NCBI GenBank assembly: GCA_965207445.1
Contig: CBDBLX010000002.1
Span: 800,001-864,000 of the forward strand
Length of the DNA stretch: 64,000 nucleotides
Source: Nitrosopumilus sp.
Lineage (GTDB): Archaea > Thermoproteota > Nitrososphaeria > Nitrososphaerales > Nitrosopumilaceae
Direction: 5' to 3'
The notes beneath the pieces were generated by a model, which searched no databases, had not been told where the DNA came from, and saw only the letters and a list, made by a program, of their open reading frames with translations. Both the position numbers and the translations under genes were made by a program. Every line of letters starts with the position of its first letter. Position 1 is the stretch's first letter. This document shows, in pieces, positions 43,463 through 54,915 of the stretch.

Positions 43463-44923
43463 CTATGCCACTTTATACTCGTCCCATCTACCATCTACCA
43501 CATCGCGCGTAGCATCGTCTACTTTTACTGGTATCTGAACCTCGCGCACATATCCTTCTTCTTCTGTTTTTTGTGTAGCGTCTATTCCCATCTTTGATCC
43601 CAAGTTCACAATTCTTGATGCGGGGTCAAGTGTATCTGTGGGCGTATCTCTTATTATTGTAGTGTCGTGTGCAGGATCTGCTCTTGTAGTTATGGCCCAT
43701 ATCACTTGATTAATGTCGTGTACATTAACATCTGAATCAACTACTATTATCATCTTTGTTAATGCTAGTTGTCCTGTACCCCAAAGTCCCATCATTACTT
43801 TTTTTGCCTGTCCAGGATAGCGTTTTTTTATCGATACTATGGCAATTCCCTGAAACCATCCTGCTGGAGGCATAGAAAAGTCTACAACCTCTGGGTGAAA
43901 CATCTGGATGAGTGGTAAAAATGACTGTTCTATAACCTTGCCAATATGTGCATCTTCCAATATTGGTTTACCTACAACAGTTGTCAGGTATATGGGGTCT
44001 TTGCGTGTCATTACACCTGTTATTGTAAATGTTGGATATTGCTCTACTGGGGTATAATATCCTGTGTGGTCCCCAAATGGTCCCTCATCTCTCAAATCTG
44101 TTGGGTCTACATATCCTTCAATTACGATCTCTGCATTTGCTGGCACATCCAAATCTATGGTGCGACATTTTACAGTTTCAATACCTTTACCACTTCTTAC
44201 AATTCCTGAAAATAGATACTTGTCCATTCCTTCTGGTACTGGCGCTACTGCTGAAAATATTGTTGCAGGCTCACCCCCAATTACTATTGCAGCTGGTATC
44301 TTTTGACCTCTATCCTTATGTATGACTCCATGTGATGCACCGCGTTTGTGTTTTTGCCAGTGTATGATGCAATGTGTACTGTCAATTATCTGCATTCTGT
44401 ATACGCCAAGATTTCTCACCCCTGTGTCTGGATGGCGTGTGGCCAACATACCGAATGTTATGAATTTTCCTGCATCATGAGGCCATGACTTTGTTATTGG
44501 TATGTCATCAAATGTAATACTTTTCGCACTTGTCGATACAACGGCAGTCACAGGGCCTGACTCTTCTGGCTCTTTTGGAAATGCTGATGCCATCTTTGAG
44601 AGTTCTGGCAGACTCTTTAATTTACCAAATAATCCTGATGGGATTTTTATCTTTGTCATGTCTGCTATACGTCTTCCAATTTCAGCATAATCTTTCGTAT
44701 CTAATGCAATACTCATCCTATTCTCAGATCCGAACACATTGCCTAAAATGGGCATCTTGTATCCCTTTACATTTTCAAACAATATCGCTGGTCCATTATC
44801 ATATGTAACGCGACGTAATATCTCTGCAATTTCCAAGTCAGTATCTACTTGCACTGATACGCGTTTGATCTCCTTGTGCTGCTCTAATATGTCTATGAGT
44901 TGACTTAATCCATCTATTGCCAT
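43463..44923 (-). CDS. UbiD-family decarboxylase (menaquinone biosynthesis type)
   Basis: NLGVYRMQ, EGPFGDHTGYY, GKPILED, LDPAS...KMGIDAT. Confidence 0.92.
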   Translation of the reverse strand: MAIDGLSQLIDILEQHKEIKRVSVQVDTDLEIAEILRRVTYDNGPAILFENVKGYKMPILGNVFGSENRMSIALDTKDYAEIGRRIADMTKIKIPSGLFGKLKSLPELSKMASAFPKEPEESGPVTAVVSTSAKSITFDDIPITKSWPHDAGKFITFGMLATRHPDTGVRNLGVYRMQIIDSTHCIIHWQKHKRGASHGVIHKDRGQKIPAAIVIGGEPATIFSAVAPVPEGMDKYLFSGIVRSGKGIETVKCRTIDLDVPANAEIVIEGYVDPTDLRDEGPFGDHTGYYTPVEQYPTFTITGVMTRKDPIYLTTVVGKPILEDAHIGKVIEQSFLPLIQMFHPEVVDFSMPPAGWFQGIAIVSIKKRYPGQAKKVMMGLWGTGQLALTKMIIVVDSDVNVHDINQVIWAITTRADPAHDTTIIRDTPTDTLDPASRIVNLGSKMGIDATQKTEEEGYVREVQIPVKVDDATRDVVDGRWDEYKVA

Positions 44924-45597
44924 ATTGTACTTGTGTATGTGCCATGTATATGGATATGCACTGTGATGTTGGCGTGTAGTTAGTGCTTAGATCATAAACT
45001 TGGCTCATAACGATAACTAATTGTAATTTTTGTATGCAGAGTAGACGATAATCACAATTGCAACAAATTTGTTTCAGTTACCAGAAAATATAATCAAAAA
45101 TCTACACGTGTAATATATGATACGGATAGATATGTAGAATATCATAAAAATATAATCGTCATATATTACATACCGTACCTACTAATCTAATACACTTACA
45201 TCTCAGATTACACACATTCAAAAATAAACACACCTCAAAAATATTTGACATTTCCTATTCCTGTCAAGTTCAATCGTTATTAATAATTTAAAAATATGAT
45301 ACTATTAAATTAAAGTTTTATATAATTATTTTTATGTATATTGATTTGATTAAATAATTAATTAAATAACTATAATTTCATAAAATATTGTATAATTAAG
45401 TATGTAAAATGATTATAAACCATTAAAAATTTATTATTCATTTAATGAAATTATTACGCATGAATTCTTGTTTCAAAATCTTGTTCTTTTGAGTGGACTC
45501 TATTTTATACAACACATTATATTGCACACGTTTAATTTTTTAGATTTTATTTTTTTGCAATCACGTTCTCTTTGATTAGATATTTTTACTAGTTTTA

Positions 45598-45858
45598 TTG
45601 AAACATGTTATGGAAATTGAAGATCACAACTCTGATAAAAAATGCCCTGTATGTCGTGGTGAGGGTACGATAAAGTTACTTGATACACAATGTACTTTTT
45701 GTAATGGAACTGGTGAGTATACTATGTCTGCCGAATCATATATGAAGACACATATATGTCAGTGTGTTCTTTTGGATAGAAAGACATGTCCATTGTGTGG
45801 TAAGAAATGTCATCATGACACTCCTAACAAACCAAAAATATTGCTCAGCCCAAGCTAA
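45598..45858 (+). CDS. Small zinc-finger protein with CxxCxGxG motifs
   Basis: CPVCRGEG, CTFCNGTG, CPLCGKKCHH; ATG 45610 likely start. Confidence 0.7.
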   Translation: MKHVMEIEDHNSDKKCPVCRGEGTIKLLDTQCTFCNGTGEYTMSAESYMKTHICQCVLLDRKTCPLCGKKCHHDTPNKPKILLSPS

Positions 45859-46062
45859 TTATTTTATGTGTTTACACATTTTTATCTTGTTGTTCTTTAG
45901 ATTGTGGTGCAATAATGTGCTTTGATATGTGTTGACCACATTCTAAAAATATTGTTGTAATTACATTATGTGGCAAGGCTTTGCCTTGTAAGTATTATTC
46001 AGAACTGATTGGAATTGCATATTGTATTTAATGTAGTATATATTCATATAAATTTATTATAA

Positions 46063-46455
46063 TTATAATGGTGGCAATTCTGTTTTTTTGTCGTATCCAC
46101 CAGAGCCGAATTTACAATAAAAACAGAGATCTGATTCCATGTATTTTAATTGCTCTACTTGAATGGCTCCTAACTTTAATGCAAGTTTTGTTAATATTTT
46201 GTATTTTAATGGCATGCCTGGTATTACTTCTTCGTAGTATACTCGATAGTGTTCAGGACAGAACCGAAGTTTCAATCGTGCTGGATCATTACCCTTATTT
46301 TGTTCATTTACTTGTTTCGTGTATCTAATCTGTTCACGTATGTATTCGTGTTTTGGACATGGACAATCTTTACCTCCCGGATGCTTGTATGCCGGCGTAT
46401 TCTTCCAATCAAATCCTGGGTATTCACCCTCAAAATCATCCATATTATTCTTCAT
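46063..46455 (-). CDS. Hypothetical Cys/His-containing protein
   Basis: CPCPKH, FCPEH, CFYCK in a 130-aa ORF. Confidence 0.7.
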   Translation of the reverse strand: MKNNMDDFEGEYPGFDWKNTPAYKHPGGKDCPCPKHEYIREQIRYTKQVNEQNKGNDPARLKLRFCPEHYRVYYEEVIPGMPLKYKILTKLALKLGAIQVEQLKYMESDLCFYCKFGSGGYDKKTELPPL

Positions 46456-46692
46456 TGTGTTTGGCTTATTAAAGTATATAAAGCTTGATCGAAAATTAGT
46501 AAAATGATATAATCCTCAATGTGCACGTTATAAACTAAAGTAGTATATGTGAATATAATTACAGTGAAATTTTGCTTGTGAGATCATAAGAGATGATTAA
46601 TTCACTATATGTTGTATTGATGTATACATGTTTTCAATTTTTGTATGTTTGAGATCAAAATATAGATAAACCCCACTTTCTGTATCTCGTCA

Positions 46693-47550
46693 ATGGCAAC
46701 TAGCAAAAAGATGACAAAAAAAGATCTTGAAGACAAGATTACTGAACTAGAATCAAAAATTGATCTTCTTGTCGCTGAGATAGGAAAAAATGTCACATCT
46801 GAGCAAAATACTGGAAAATCTTTGTCAACTACACCATCTACAAAACCCAAAGGAACACTTCCAAAAGGTTTTGAGGAAAAGAAACCAGAGCCAAAGAAAC
46901 CAGCGCCTCAACCTAAAAAAACTACAAAACCCAAAGGAACACTTCCAAAAGGTTTTGAGGAAAAGAAACCAGAGCCAAAGAAACCAGAGCCTCAACCTAA
47001 AAAAACTACAAAACCCAAAGGAACACTTCCAAAAGGTTTTGAGGAAAAGAAACCAGAGCCAAAGAAACCAGAGCCTCAACCTAAAAAAACTACAAAACCC
47101 AAAGGAACACTTCCAAAAGGTTTTGAGGAAAAGAAACCAGAGCCAAAGAAACCCGAGCCTGCAAAGACGAGCTCACAACCTCCTGCAACAATCGAGTCTG
47201 CACTTGAAGATGCATACTACAACGCCCCTCAGACTGACTTTCACAAATACCGTGCTACCGTTACAGGATACACTCCTGCACCAAACCGGTATCATGTACG
47301 ATTGACGGCGCCTGTAGGTACAGTTCCAACTGCAAATTGGAATGACCAAAAGGTAAAGGTTACGGGCTATACACAACCATCAAACCAATACTTTGCAACA
47401 CGACAGAGACTCGCATATCACCCTCCTGAGAAACGATTTCGGAGTTTCAGTGGAGTTAATATGCATGTTGATGGCAATCTTGAAACTGTAGAACCGCTCG
47501 TGGAGACAACAACCAAAAAACCCAAAGGAACACTTCCCAAAGGATTCTAG
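46693..47550 (+). CDS. Lys/Pro-rich GTLPKGF-repeat protein, paralog 1
   Basis: N-terminal coiled coil, ~4 x 28-aa (84-bp) repeats, conserved non-repetitive domain, ends PKGTLPKGF. Confidence 0.85.
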   Translation: MATSKKMTKKDLEDKITELESKIDLLVAEIGKNVTSEQNTGKSLSTTPSTKPKGTLPKGFEEKKPEPKKPAPQPKKTTKPKGTLPKGFEEKKPEPKKPEPQPKKTTKPKGTLPKGFEEKKPEPKKPEPQPKKTTKPKGTLPKGFEEKKPEPKKPEPAKTSSQPPATIESALEDAYYNAPQTDFHKYRATVTGYTPAPNRYHVRLTAPVGTVPTANWNDQKVKVTGYTQPSNQYFATRQRLAYHPPEKRFRSFSGVNMHVDGNLETVEPLVETTTKKPKGTLPKGF

Positions 47551-48275
47551 GACTGTTTCTGTATTTTTCTATTTTTAATTATTTGTGTTTATTACACGTT
47601 GGTCCTTGTGTATACTCTATATTCTAAATGACGTATTAAATTTTTATTTATATATTTATATGAATAATTTTTTTATAATATATGTAGCATATATTATAAA
47701 ATATTAATTGGACAATTTCTATTGATCGTGTAAACACACAATCTACAGCGACGCTTGCTATCTCTTTTAATCTTACCATATTCAAATGGTACATGTCGCT
47801 GTATGTATTGGCTTTAATGTATGACATGTCAATCTATAAAGACATATATTTATCTATTCAAATAATTGTATTATTTATATCCAAATATTGTTGCAATATT
47901 GAGTGGCATAATATATAATCATATTTATGTATAATAAAGGTCACGTTTTACAATGTTTTTTGTAATTGTACGTATCTATTTGTCTTAATTTTTATAAATA
48001 AACTATGACATCTGCATTTAATAATTATATACTTTGTTACATTGATTGCAACTTGTTAATTTTTGGTACTTGTAGATATATGGTCATGCTTAATTAATGG
48101 GGCGAAGCGGCATGTTGTTATAATTTTTAATCACAAATTTCAAAGTATTTTGCATCTGTTTTAGGTTTTAAAATGTCATTATATTTCACGTTTTAGTATT
48201 ATTTTTTATAAAATTTAGAATACTGGACACGACACAAACAAAATGTAAATAAAGATCATTGATTGATTAAAATAA

Positions 48276-49409
48276 ATGGCAAAAACCAGTACGTCTACAA
48301 AGACTAAACGTGCTACGACTTCACGTAATACCAAAAAAGATTTGGAGGCAAAGATTGCAGAGCTAGAGGCAAAACTGGCTGGACTCTCTGAACAGTTGGA
48401 GATGAAGCCTGAAACTGTAAAACCTTCTAGTGATAAACCAAAGTCTGATGTCAAAGAACCCGAAACTACCAAATCAAAACCCAAAGGAACACTTCCAAAA
48501 GGTTTTGAGGAAAAGAAACCAGAGCCAAAGAAACCAGAGCCTCAACCTAAAAAAACCACAAAACCCAAAGGAACACTTCCAAAAGGTTTTGAGGAAAAGA
48601 AACCAGAGCCAAAGAAACCAGAGCCTCAACCTAAAAAAACCACAAAACCCAAAGGAACACTTCCAAAAGGTTTTGAGGAAAAGAAACCAGAGCCAAAGAA
48701 ACCAGAGCCTCAACCTAAAAAAACCACAAAACCCAAAGGAACACTTCCAAAAGGTTTTGAGGAAAAGAAACCAGAGCCAAAGAAACCAGAGCCTGCAAAG
48801 ACGAGCTCACAACCTCCTGCAACAATCGAGTCTGCACTTGAAGATGCATACTACAACGCCCCTCAGACTGACTTTCACAAATACCGTGCTACCGTTACAG
48901 GATACACTCCTGCACCAAACCGGTATTATGTACGATTGACGGCGCCTGTAGGTACAGTTCCAACTGCAAATTGGAATGATCAAAAGGTAAAGGTTACGGG
49001 CTATACACAACCATCAAACCAATACTTTGCAACACGACAGAGACTCGCATACCATCCTCCTGAGAAACGATTTCGGAGTTTCAGTGGAATTGATATGAGC
49101 GTCAAAGGTATAACAACTTCCGCTTCTTCATCTAATACTGAGAAGCAGACTGCTCCACCTCCACCTCCACCTCCACCCAAATCATCATCACAGAATAATG
49201 ATGACAAGTCTAACAAGCAGACACTAGCGGAATATGAAGCGGAGTATCTGGAACGACTATCTCGTAAAGAATCAGAGGACAAAGCCAAAGCAACGCAAGT
49301 AGAATCCACAACAACAAGTAAAATTCGTGGCACACTTCCTAAAGGATTTAAGCCTATACCAAAAGAACCTCCAAAGAAACCTAGAGGAACACTGCCAAAA
49401 GGCTTTTAA
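48276..49409 (+). CDS. Lys/Pro-rich GTLPKGF-repeat protein, paralog 2
   Basis: Same architecture plus poly-Pro and an extra helix; ends PRGTLPKGF. Confidence 0.85.
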   Translation: MAKTSTSTKTKRATTSRNTKKDLEAKIAELEAKLAGLSEQLEMKPETVKPSSDKPKSDVKEPETTKSKPKGTLPKGFEEKKPEPKKPEPQPKKTTKPKGTLPKGFEEKKPEPKKPEPQPKKTTKPKGTLPKGFEEKKPEPKKPEPQPKKTTKPKGTLPKGFEEKKPEPKKPEPAKTSSQPPATIESALEDAYYNAPQTDFHKYRATVTGYTPAPNRYYVRLTAPVGTVPTANWNDQKVKVTGYTQPSNQYFATRQRLAYHPPEKRFRSFSGIDMSVKGITTSASSSNTEKQTAPPPPPPPPKSSSQNNDDKSNKQTLAEYEAEYLERLSRKESEDKAKATQVESTTTSKIRGTLPKGFKPIPKEPPKKPRGTLPKGF

Positions 49410-49442
49410 AAATACCCCCTTTTATTTGTCTTTTATTTTATT

Positions 49443-49907
49443 TTATTTTATAGATTCAAAATCTTTTAACACTTTCATAGCATGTCCTGCTGGTTTTACA
49501 TTGCGGTATGTCTTGAATATGACTCCTTTCTCATTTACTAGAAATGTACTACGTTTCACACCTGTGTATTCACGCCCCATAAACACTTTCTTTCCCCATA
49601 CATCAAATGCCTTTGAAACTATTTTCTCTTCATCTGATAATAATATGTATGGTATGTTTATTTTTTTGCAGAATTTGTCATGTGACTCAACGTTGTCTGG
49701 ACTAATTCCGATTACCTCTACGTTATTTTTCTTGAACTCTTTGTACATTTTTGAAAACTCGTCTGCTTGAGTGGTACATCCTGGTGTAAAGTCTTTTGGA
49801 TAAAAATATAATATGTATTTTTTACCTTGATAATCTTTTGACTGTACTGTGTTCCCCGATGCATCTTGTAACTTAAAGTTCGGAACAGTGTCACCTTCTG
49901 ATATCAT
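49443..49907 (-). CDS. bcp: Peroxiredoxin, BCP type
   Basis: YFYPKDFTPGCTTQA, GISPD, RSTFLV. Confidence 0.92.
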   Translation of the reverse strand: MISEGDTVPNFKLQDASGNTVQSKDYQGKKYILYFYPKDFTPGCTTQADEFSKMYKEFKKNNVEVIGISPDNVESHDKFCKKINIPYILLSDEEKIVSKAFDVWGKKVFMGREYTGVKRSTFLVNEKGVIFKTYRNVKPAGHAMKVLKDFESIK

Positions 49908-50073
49908 TATTATAATTGCAAATCTTATTTGTTTTATTCTTTTTGAACTAGTAGTGGTAAGTTGAATTATTGATGGTGCTTTTGATAATTTATACTCTGT
50001 TTAATTACTGATCTGATTACACATATTCTGAATTACTGCGAATCTTTATATCTAAATTCATAGGCGTTGTGAT

Positions 50074-50787
50074 ATGGCAAATCCCCGTGCATACCTTGCA
50101 GAGGCAATAGCAACATACGGACTCGTGTTCTTTGGACCTCTTTCAGTCATTTTGGCAATTGCCTCGTTTGGTGAAGAACTAACCACTCAATCTGTACTGT
50201 TTATATCTCTGGGACATGGTGGCGCTATTGCACTTATGATATATGCATTCGGTCACATATCTGGGGCACACATAAACCCAGCTGTTACTATTCCTATGAT
50301 GATTACAAAAAAAATAGGTATTACAGATGGAATTGCTTACATTGCATCTCAGCTTGTTGGCGCCGTTGCCGCTGCTGCTACCTTGAAAGCAATATTGCCT
50401 GAATTGGGTGCAAAGGTGAACTTTGCCACACAGGGTGGACCAAGTGATTTGATAAATAATAGTATTGCCTCTGGATTTGTTATTGAAGCTATATTGACAT
50501 TCTTTTTGGTTACTGTGATATTTATGACAGCAGTACACAAGAGGGCATCTCCTGGATGGCATGGTTTTGCAATTGGTGGAATGGTATTTCTTATACATTT
50601 GATTGCAGTACCACTAACTGGTGCGTCTGTCAATCCTGCTAGAACGTTTGGGCCTGCTTTTATATCTGGATTTTGGGAATTTCACTGGTTATACTGGGCC
50701 GCTCCCATACTCGGTGGTATTATAGCTGGATTGATAATGAACTATGTGTTTGTCAAAAAGGCTGATGAGGAACAGATTGTCGATTGA
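50074..50787 (+). CDS. Aquaporin (MIP family)
   Basis: Two NPA boxes: SGAHINPAVT and GASVNPARTFGP. Confidence 0.95.
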   Translation: MANPRAYLAEAIATYGLVFFGPLSVILAIASFGEELTTQSVLFISLGHGGAIALMIYAFGHISGAHINPAVTIPMMITKKIGITDGIAYIASQLVGAVAAAATLKAILPELGAKVNFATQGGPSDLINNSIASGFVIEAILTFFLVTVIFMTAVHKRASPGWHGFAIGGMVFLIHLIAVPLTGASVNPARTFGPAFISGFWEFHWLYWAAPILGGIIAGLIMNYVFVKKADEEQIVD

Positions 50788-51327
50788 GTAAAACTTGTAA
50801 AAACAAAGTCAAACAATACATGGTTAAAAATCAGTGTTAATTTTCCACAGATCGCCGTAATGTAAACTTGTATGTTTTATCATAATTGTGGTGTCCAAAA
50901 ACAAGTTCACTTTTTAATACTAATCGTGAGTGTTGATGTCTGGTTGTAATATTGTGTACTGGCTTGTATACGTGGTATCTGTGTATGATCATCTATGTGT
51001 GTGTTTTGCGTTCAAGGCTGCAACACGCTCTGTCTAGGGGAAGTGTGTGTATGAGTTGAAAAGGAGGAGATGAGCGGGGGAGGGGGGAAGGGGGAGGAGG
51101 AGATAAAGAGATGCACGGTTGTGTAGTACAAGATACTGTAAGATCATACGTATGCCGGGTATGGTGCGCGTTCATACTATAGAACATGTTGGCAGTCCGG
51201 ACTGGGTTAGGCGTGACAATATCTCTAATACATATTTTGTATGCACATTTCACGACAGTTATTTTGGTGTGATTGTTTATAATTTACAACTGTAGATTTT
51301 TAATGCGACAACATGATATGTGTTTTG

Positions 51328-51475
51328 GTGTGAACCAAGTTCATTGGATACAACAATGAAATACATACTTGTATTTGGTTATATTCCTATCTGTATATCG
51401 AATATCGTGCATGCGATACATTTGGCTAGGCGTTATTTTCGAATGATCATATCAATCATGGAAATTGGCTCACAC
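51328..51475 (-). mobile_element. MITE-C (148 bp), copy 3
   Basis: GTGTGAACCAA...TTGGCTCACAC; perfect TSD GTGTTTTG. Confidence 0.88.
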
Positions 51476-51722
51476 GTGTTTTGTAGCCAGTACAGAAACT
51501 GTCTCATTTCTTTGCAGGCCGTCCATGACGGTCTCAATTGTCTTTGCATGCTCTCCATACTTTCAATGAGAGGCTTACAGTCCAGAGATAGAAATAGAGG
51601 TGGAATGGATGTACGTATGGCAAACATGAATGTTGTCATCACCTGATGACGATTAAATTTTACAATGGTCATATAATGTTTTATCTGGAATACAGTAATA
51701 CGGCACATTAATCTGCAAGAGC

Positions 51723-52244
51723 GTGCATGTGGAATGTATGGGGCAGTGTGTAGTGGTAGCGGCAGGCATCATTATATTATGCATGATTGGGGGCATGGCA
51801 GCAGGTGTGGTGATACATGAGGTAGGGCACTATGCGGCATGCAGGCATCTCGGATATGAGTCTGGAGGGATTACCATTATACTGCATAAATCCTCGCACA
51901 TGTGCATCTATGACAGATCAATTGAGTCGACTGTATTCTATGAAGACATGCACGTCGTGCGCGCGGCAGGCGGGGCTGTGGCTGTTGCTGTGTTTGGTGT
52001 GGCCGTTGCAGTCTTTTTGCTCGTGCAGACCCGCCTCCGTCCCGGATGCGGCTGCATATGCAGACGCGTACGCTTGTTTTTGCTTGCAGGACTTGTGTCG
52101 CAAATAATCAACTTGGTCATGGAGGCGGGCCTTGCCGCTACATGGTATAACGACTACACGCGTGCAGTAGGTGTACTACTCGGGGTAGTTATAGTACTGT
52201 TACTTGAGCGCCACCAGTTTCCAAAGAGTCACCTATCACATTAA
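51723..52244 (+). CDS. Membrane protein with HExxH motif (M50-like metalloprotease candidate)
   Basis: IHEVGHY after a TM helix; AAGG motif; several TM segments. Confidence 0.55.
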   Translation: MHVECMGQCVVVAAGIIILCMIGGMAAGVVIHEVGHYAACRHLGYESGGITIILHKSSHMCIYDRSIESTVFYEDMHVVRAAGGAVAVAVFGVAVAVFLLVQTRLRPGCGCICRRVRLFLLAGLVSQIINLVMEAGLAATWYNDYTRAVGVLLGVVIVLLLERHQFPKSHLSH

Positions 52245-52587
52245 TATGAATCACAATCTACGGATAATGACAAAACTACACCCTCTACTAATATGGACAT
52301 CACAATGTAGGTGTTATGTGTCGGACTGTGCGTACTACAATCGAGGTGTGGAAAATCTGCGTCATACTGCTCATAGTGTATGAATAGTAACAGTAGTACA
52401 CTGGATCCGAATATTCATGGTTGTAATATTTTAATCTACAAACCATGCATATTATTATTATTATATTATTATCATAAACAACAACAAGTAAATTCACAGA
52501 GAGTGCCAAGGCATGCTTGTCAGATGTTTGCCCCCAAGAGATGCCTGTATACATTAATATAAATACGAGCATATCGTTGTATGTACA

Positions 52588-53427
52588 GTGAGCCATAGTT
52601 TAATTATATTTCTTCTCGTAGTTGTAACCCTCTCATCAGCCATTATCATGCACGAAGATGCGGCCGCCACAACCGATGTAGAGTTTACTGATGAAGAGAC
52701 ACGGTGGCTAGAGCAGAATCCCACTATAGTCATGGGATACAATCCAGACTGGGCCCCGTACGAGTATATTGACGAGGATGGCATACTTTCAGGCGTCTCA
52801 GCTGCAATTGCAGAACGCTTTGAGGAGATCTCAGGCGCGCAGTTTGTACAGGCAGATGGAATCGAGGTGTGGGATGACAACCTAATCGGCATAAGAAATG
52901 GCAGTATTGATGTGTTGTTTACCTCTTGGGCAGAGAGATCGCCTCAGCGTGAATCATTTATGGACTTTACAGAGACGTGGTATTACATACCCACTGATAT
53001 AATAGTAAAAAAATCTGATATTGGAAAGATAAATCCGGATAACTGGTACCAGTACAAGGTGGTTATTGCTACAGGATATTCTGTGGATGTGTGGTTGGAG
53101 GAGAACGCGCCAGAGCTTGTCTACATCACCGCCGACACACCCCTCGAGGCGCTTGAGATGGTCTCAGACGGTAGGGCAGATGTATACCTTGAACCGTGGG
53201 ATGGTGCAAACCACCGCGCCATTGCAAACGGAATAACTGGGTTAGCAGACGCGGGCCCACTGGGAGATAATTTTGAAGTCACAATAGGGTATGCAGAGGG
53301 TAATGTTGTCTTTGGATCCATCATGCAAAAAATGCTCGATGCACTAGAGGATGAAAAACAACAGATCATATCAGATGCAATCAATCGCAGCTTTGCAGCG
53401 CTCAGATCTATGCCGATGTGCAGGTAG
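52588..53427 (+). CDS. Secreted family-3 (PBP2, BvgS-sensor-like) substrate-binding protein, one domain
   Basis: Signal peptide; FTDEETRWL, WAPYEY, R...MDFT, EALEMVSDGRAD. Confidence 0.85.
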   Translation: MSHSLIIFLLVVVTLSSAIIMHEDAAATTDVEFTDEETRWLEQNPTIVMGYNPDWAPYEYIDEDGILSGVSAAIAERFEEISGAQFVQADGIEVWDDNLIGIRNGSIDVLFTSWAERSPQRESFMDFTETWYYIPTDIIVKKSDIGKINPDNWYQYKVVIATGYSVDVWLEENAPELVYITADTPLEALEMVSDGRADVYLEPWDGANHRAIANGITGLADAGPLGDNFEVTIGYAEGNVVFGSIMQKMLDALEDEKQQIISDAINRSFAALRSMPMCR

Positions 53428-54915
53428 ACAAAAAGAGGTTACGCGCTTAGACACCAAGAGTCCCACGAGGAACCACTACTCAGGAATATCTCATGTTACG
53501 GGTTGTTGCGATGTGTTGTTACTAGTGGATGAATGGATGAAGATGTGTGTGGAGTGGAAAGAACGAGGGGAAATGTATCAGTAGTGCGCATGCATTCTGC
53601 AACGTATCAACTCAAATCAAATCGGCAGTCACAAACGGTACCGGGACTTTGCTATGGTCGACAAAACAAAAGATATATTAAACTAAGTGCGCGCTTAATT
53701 TAATCCTAAAACGAAGAGCCCAAAGTAATCATGAATGGTGTGCGCGCATGACCGTGGCGCAGACTGTCAGGTGCAAAGCCTGCAATGGCACAGGTGTGGC
53801 AATGATGGCAGATGGCAGGTGCAGAGAATCGTCCCGAATACGTTGCTGCGCAGAGAGGTGTCCAGGGCATGAGGTGCAGTTGTAGAACATGAGCAATTTT
53901 TGAAGAGTATCTATGAGACGTTGAATAGTCCTAAAACAAGTTCACTCAAGTGGATAAGCCCATGTGGACAGTTCTGGACTAAACCGAGTAAACAAAGTAT
54001 GTCATTGTTGCAGTGGAAATGAAGGTGTGGGGATCGGGAACCAAAAGAGATGTTATACAGGGCCATACCAAAAGAGAACAAAGTATCGTTATATCAAAAG
54101 TCGTAGAGTTGTAATAGTGAGAAAACTAGATGTGGCAAAAGTAGAGTGGATACTTGTCGAAAAGCGTAAAGGCACAAAGAACCAGATCATTGCAGACTCC
54201 ATGGGAAACACTGTAAGGTGGGTCCAAAAGATATGTGCCAGATATGGAAATTTAAATCAAATTACGTACCCTCTACAATAATCAATGCCGCAAACGCTAC
54301 ACGTTCAGGGGCCAGAATACTAGAAGATGTAATCGAGAGTCAAACCGGAGTTCATATACCACACAACACATTACACATGGTGTTGATAGAACACGGATTT
54401 GCCTCTGAGGAACCAAAGAAGAAGAACAGGCGGAAATGGATACGTTATGAGCGTGAACACACAAACTCTATGTGGCACACAGATTACAAACAGATTGATG
54501 ATGGAAGATGGTTCATATCTTACCAAGATGATGCTTCTTGATTCATAACAGGTTATGGAGTATTTGATAATGCAACTACTGATAATGCCATAACTGTACT
54601 TGAAGACGCAATCAAAAAACACGGCAAGCCCGCATCAATCTTAACTGATCATGGATCTCAGTTCTTTGCAAATGAATCCAAAACAAGGCAGTGTGGTGAA
54701 TCCGACTATGAAAAGAAATTAGCCGAGCTTGACATAAAACACATACTCGCACGCATCCGTCACCCATAGACAAACGGCAAGATTGAACGAATGCATGGTG
54801 AGCTACAACGCAAGCTGTCACGGTTTGCCAGTGTCATTGAACCTAGAGGCTGCGGATCACCAATCAAAAGTACTCAGCTGGAGACTGATCCTGTGGCTCG
54901 ATTTATACGATGGTA

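Noticed and set aside
44924..45597. Long AT-rich intergenic region as a replication origin
   Set aside because: No ORB-like repeats or cdc6/orc1 nearby; a similar AT-rich gap occurs at 47551..48275
46843..47160. 84-bp tandem repeats as a CRISPR array
   Set aside because: No unique spacers; the repeats are in-frame coding sequence and no cas genes are present
50887..50910. TGTGGTGTCCAAAAACAAGTTCAC as the end of another IS481 element
   Set aside because: It resembles the 53922 end, but no partner end or transposase was found; solo remnant at most
53748..53885. Tiny Cys-rich ORF with CKACNGTG
   Set aside because: Single motif in a very short ORF; insufficient support
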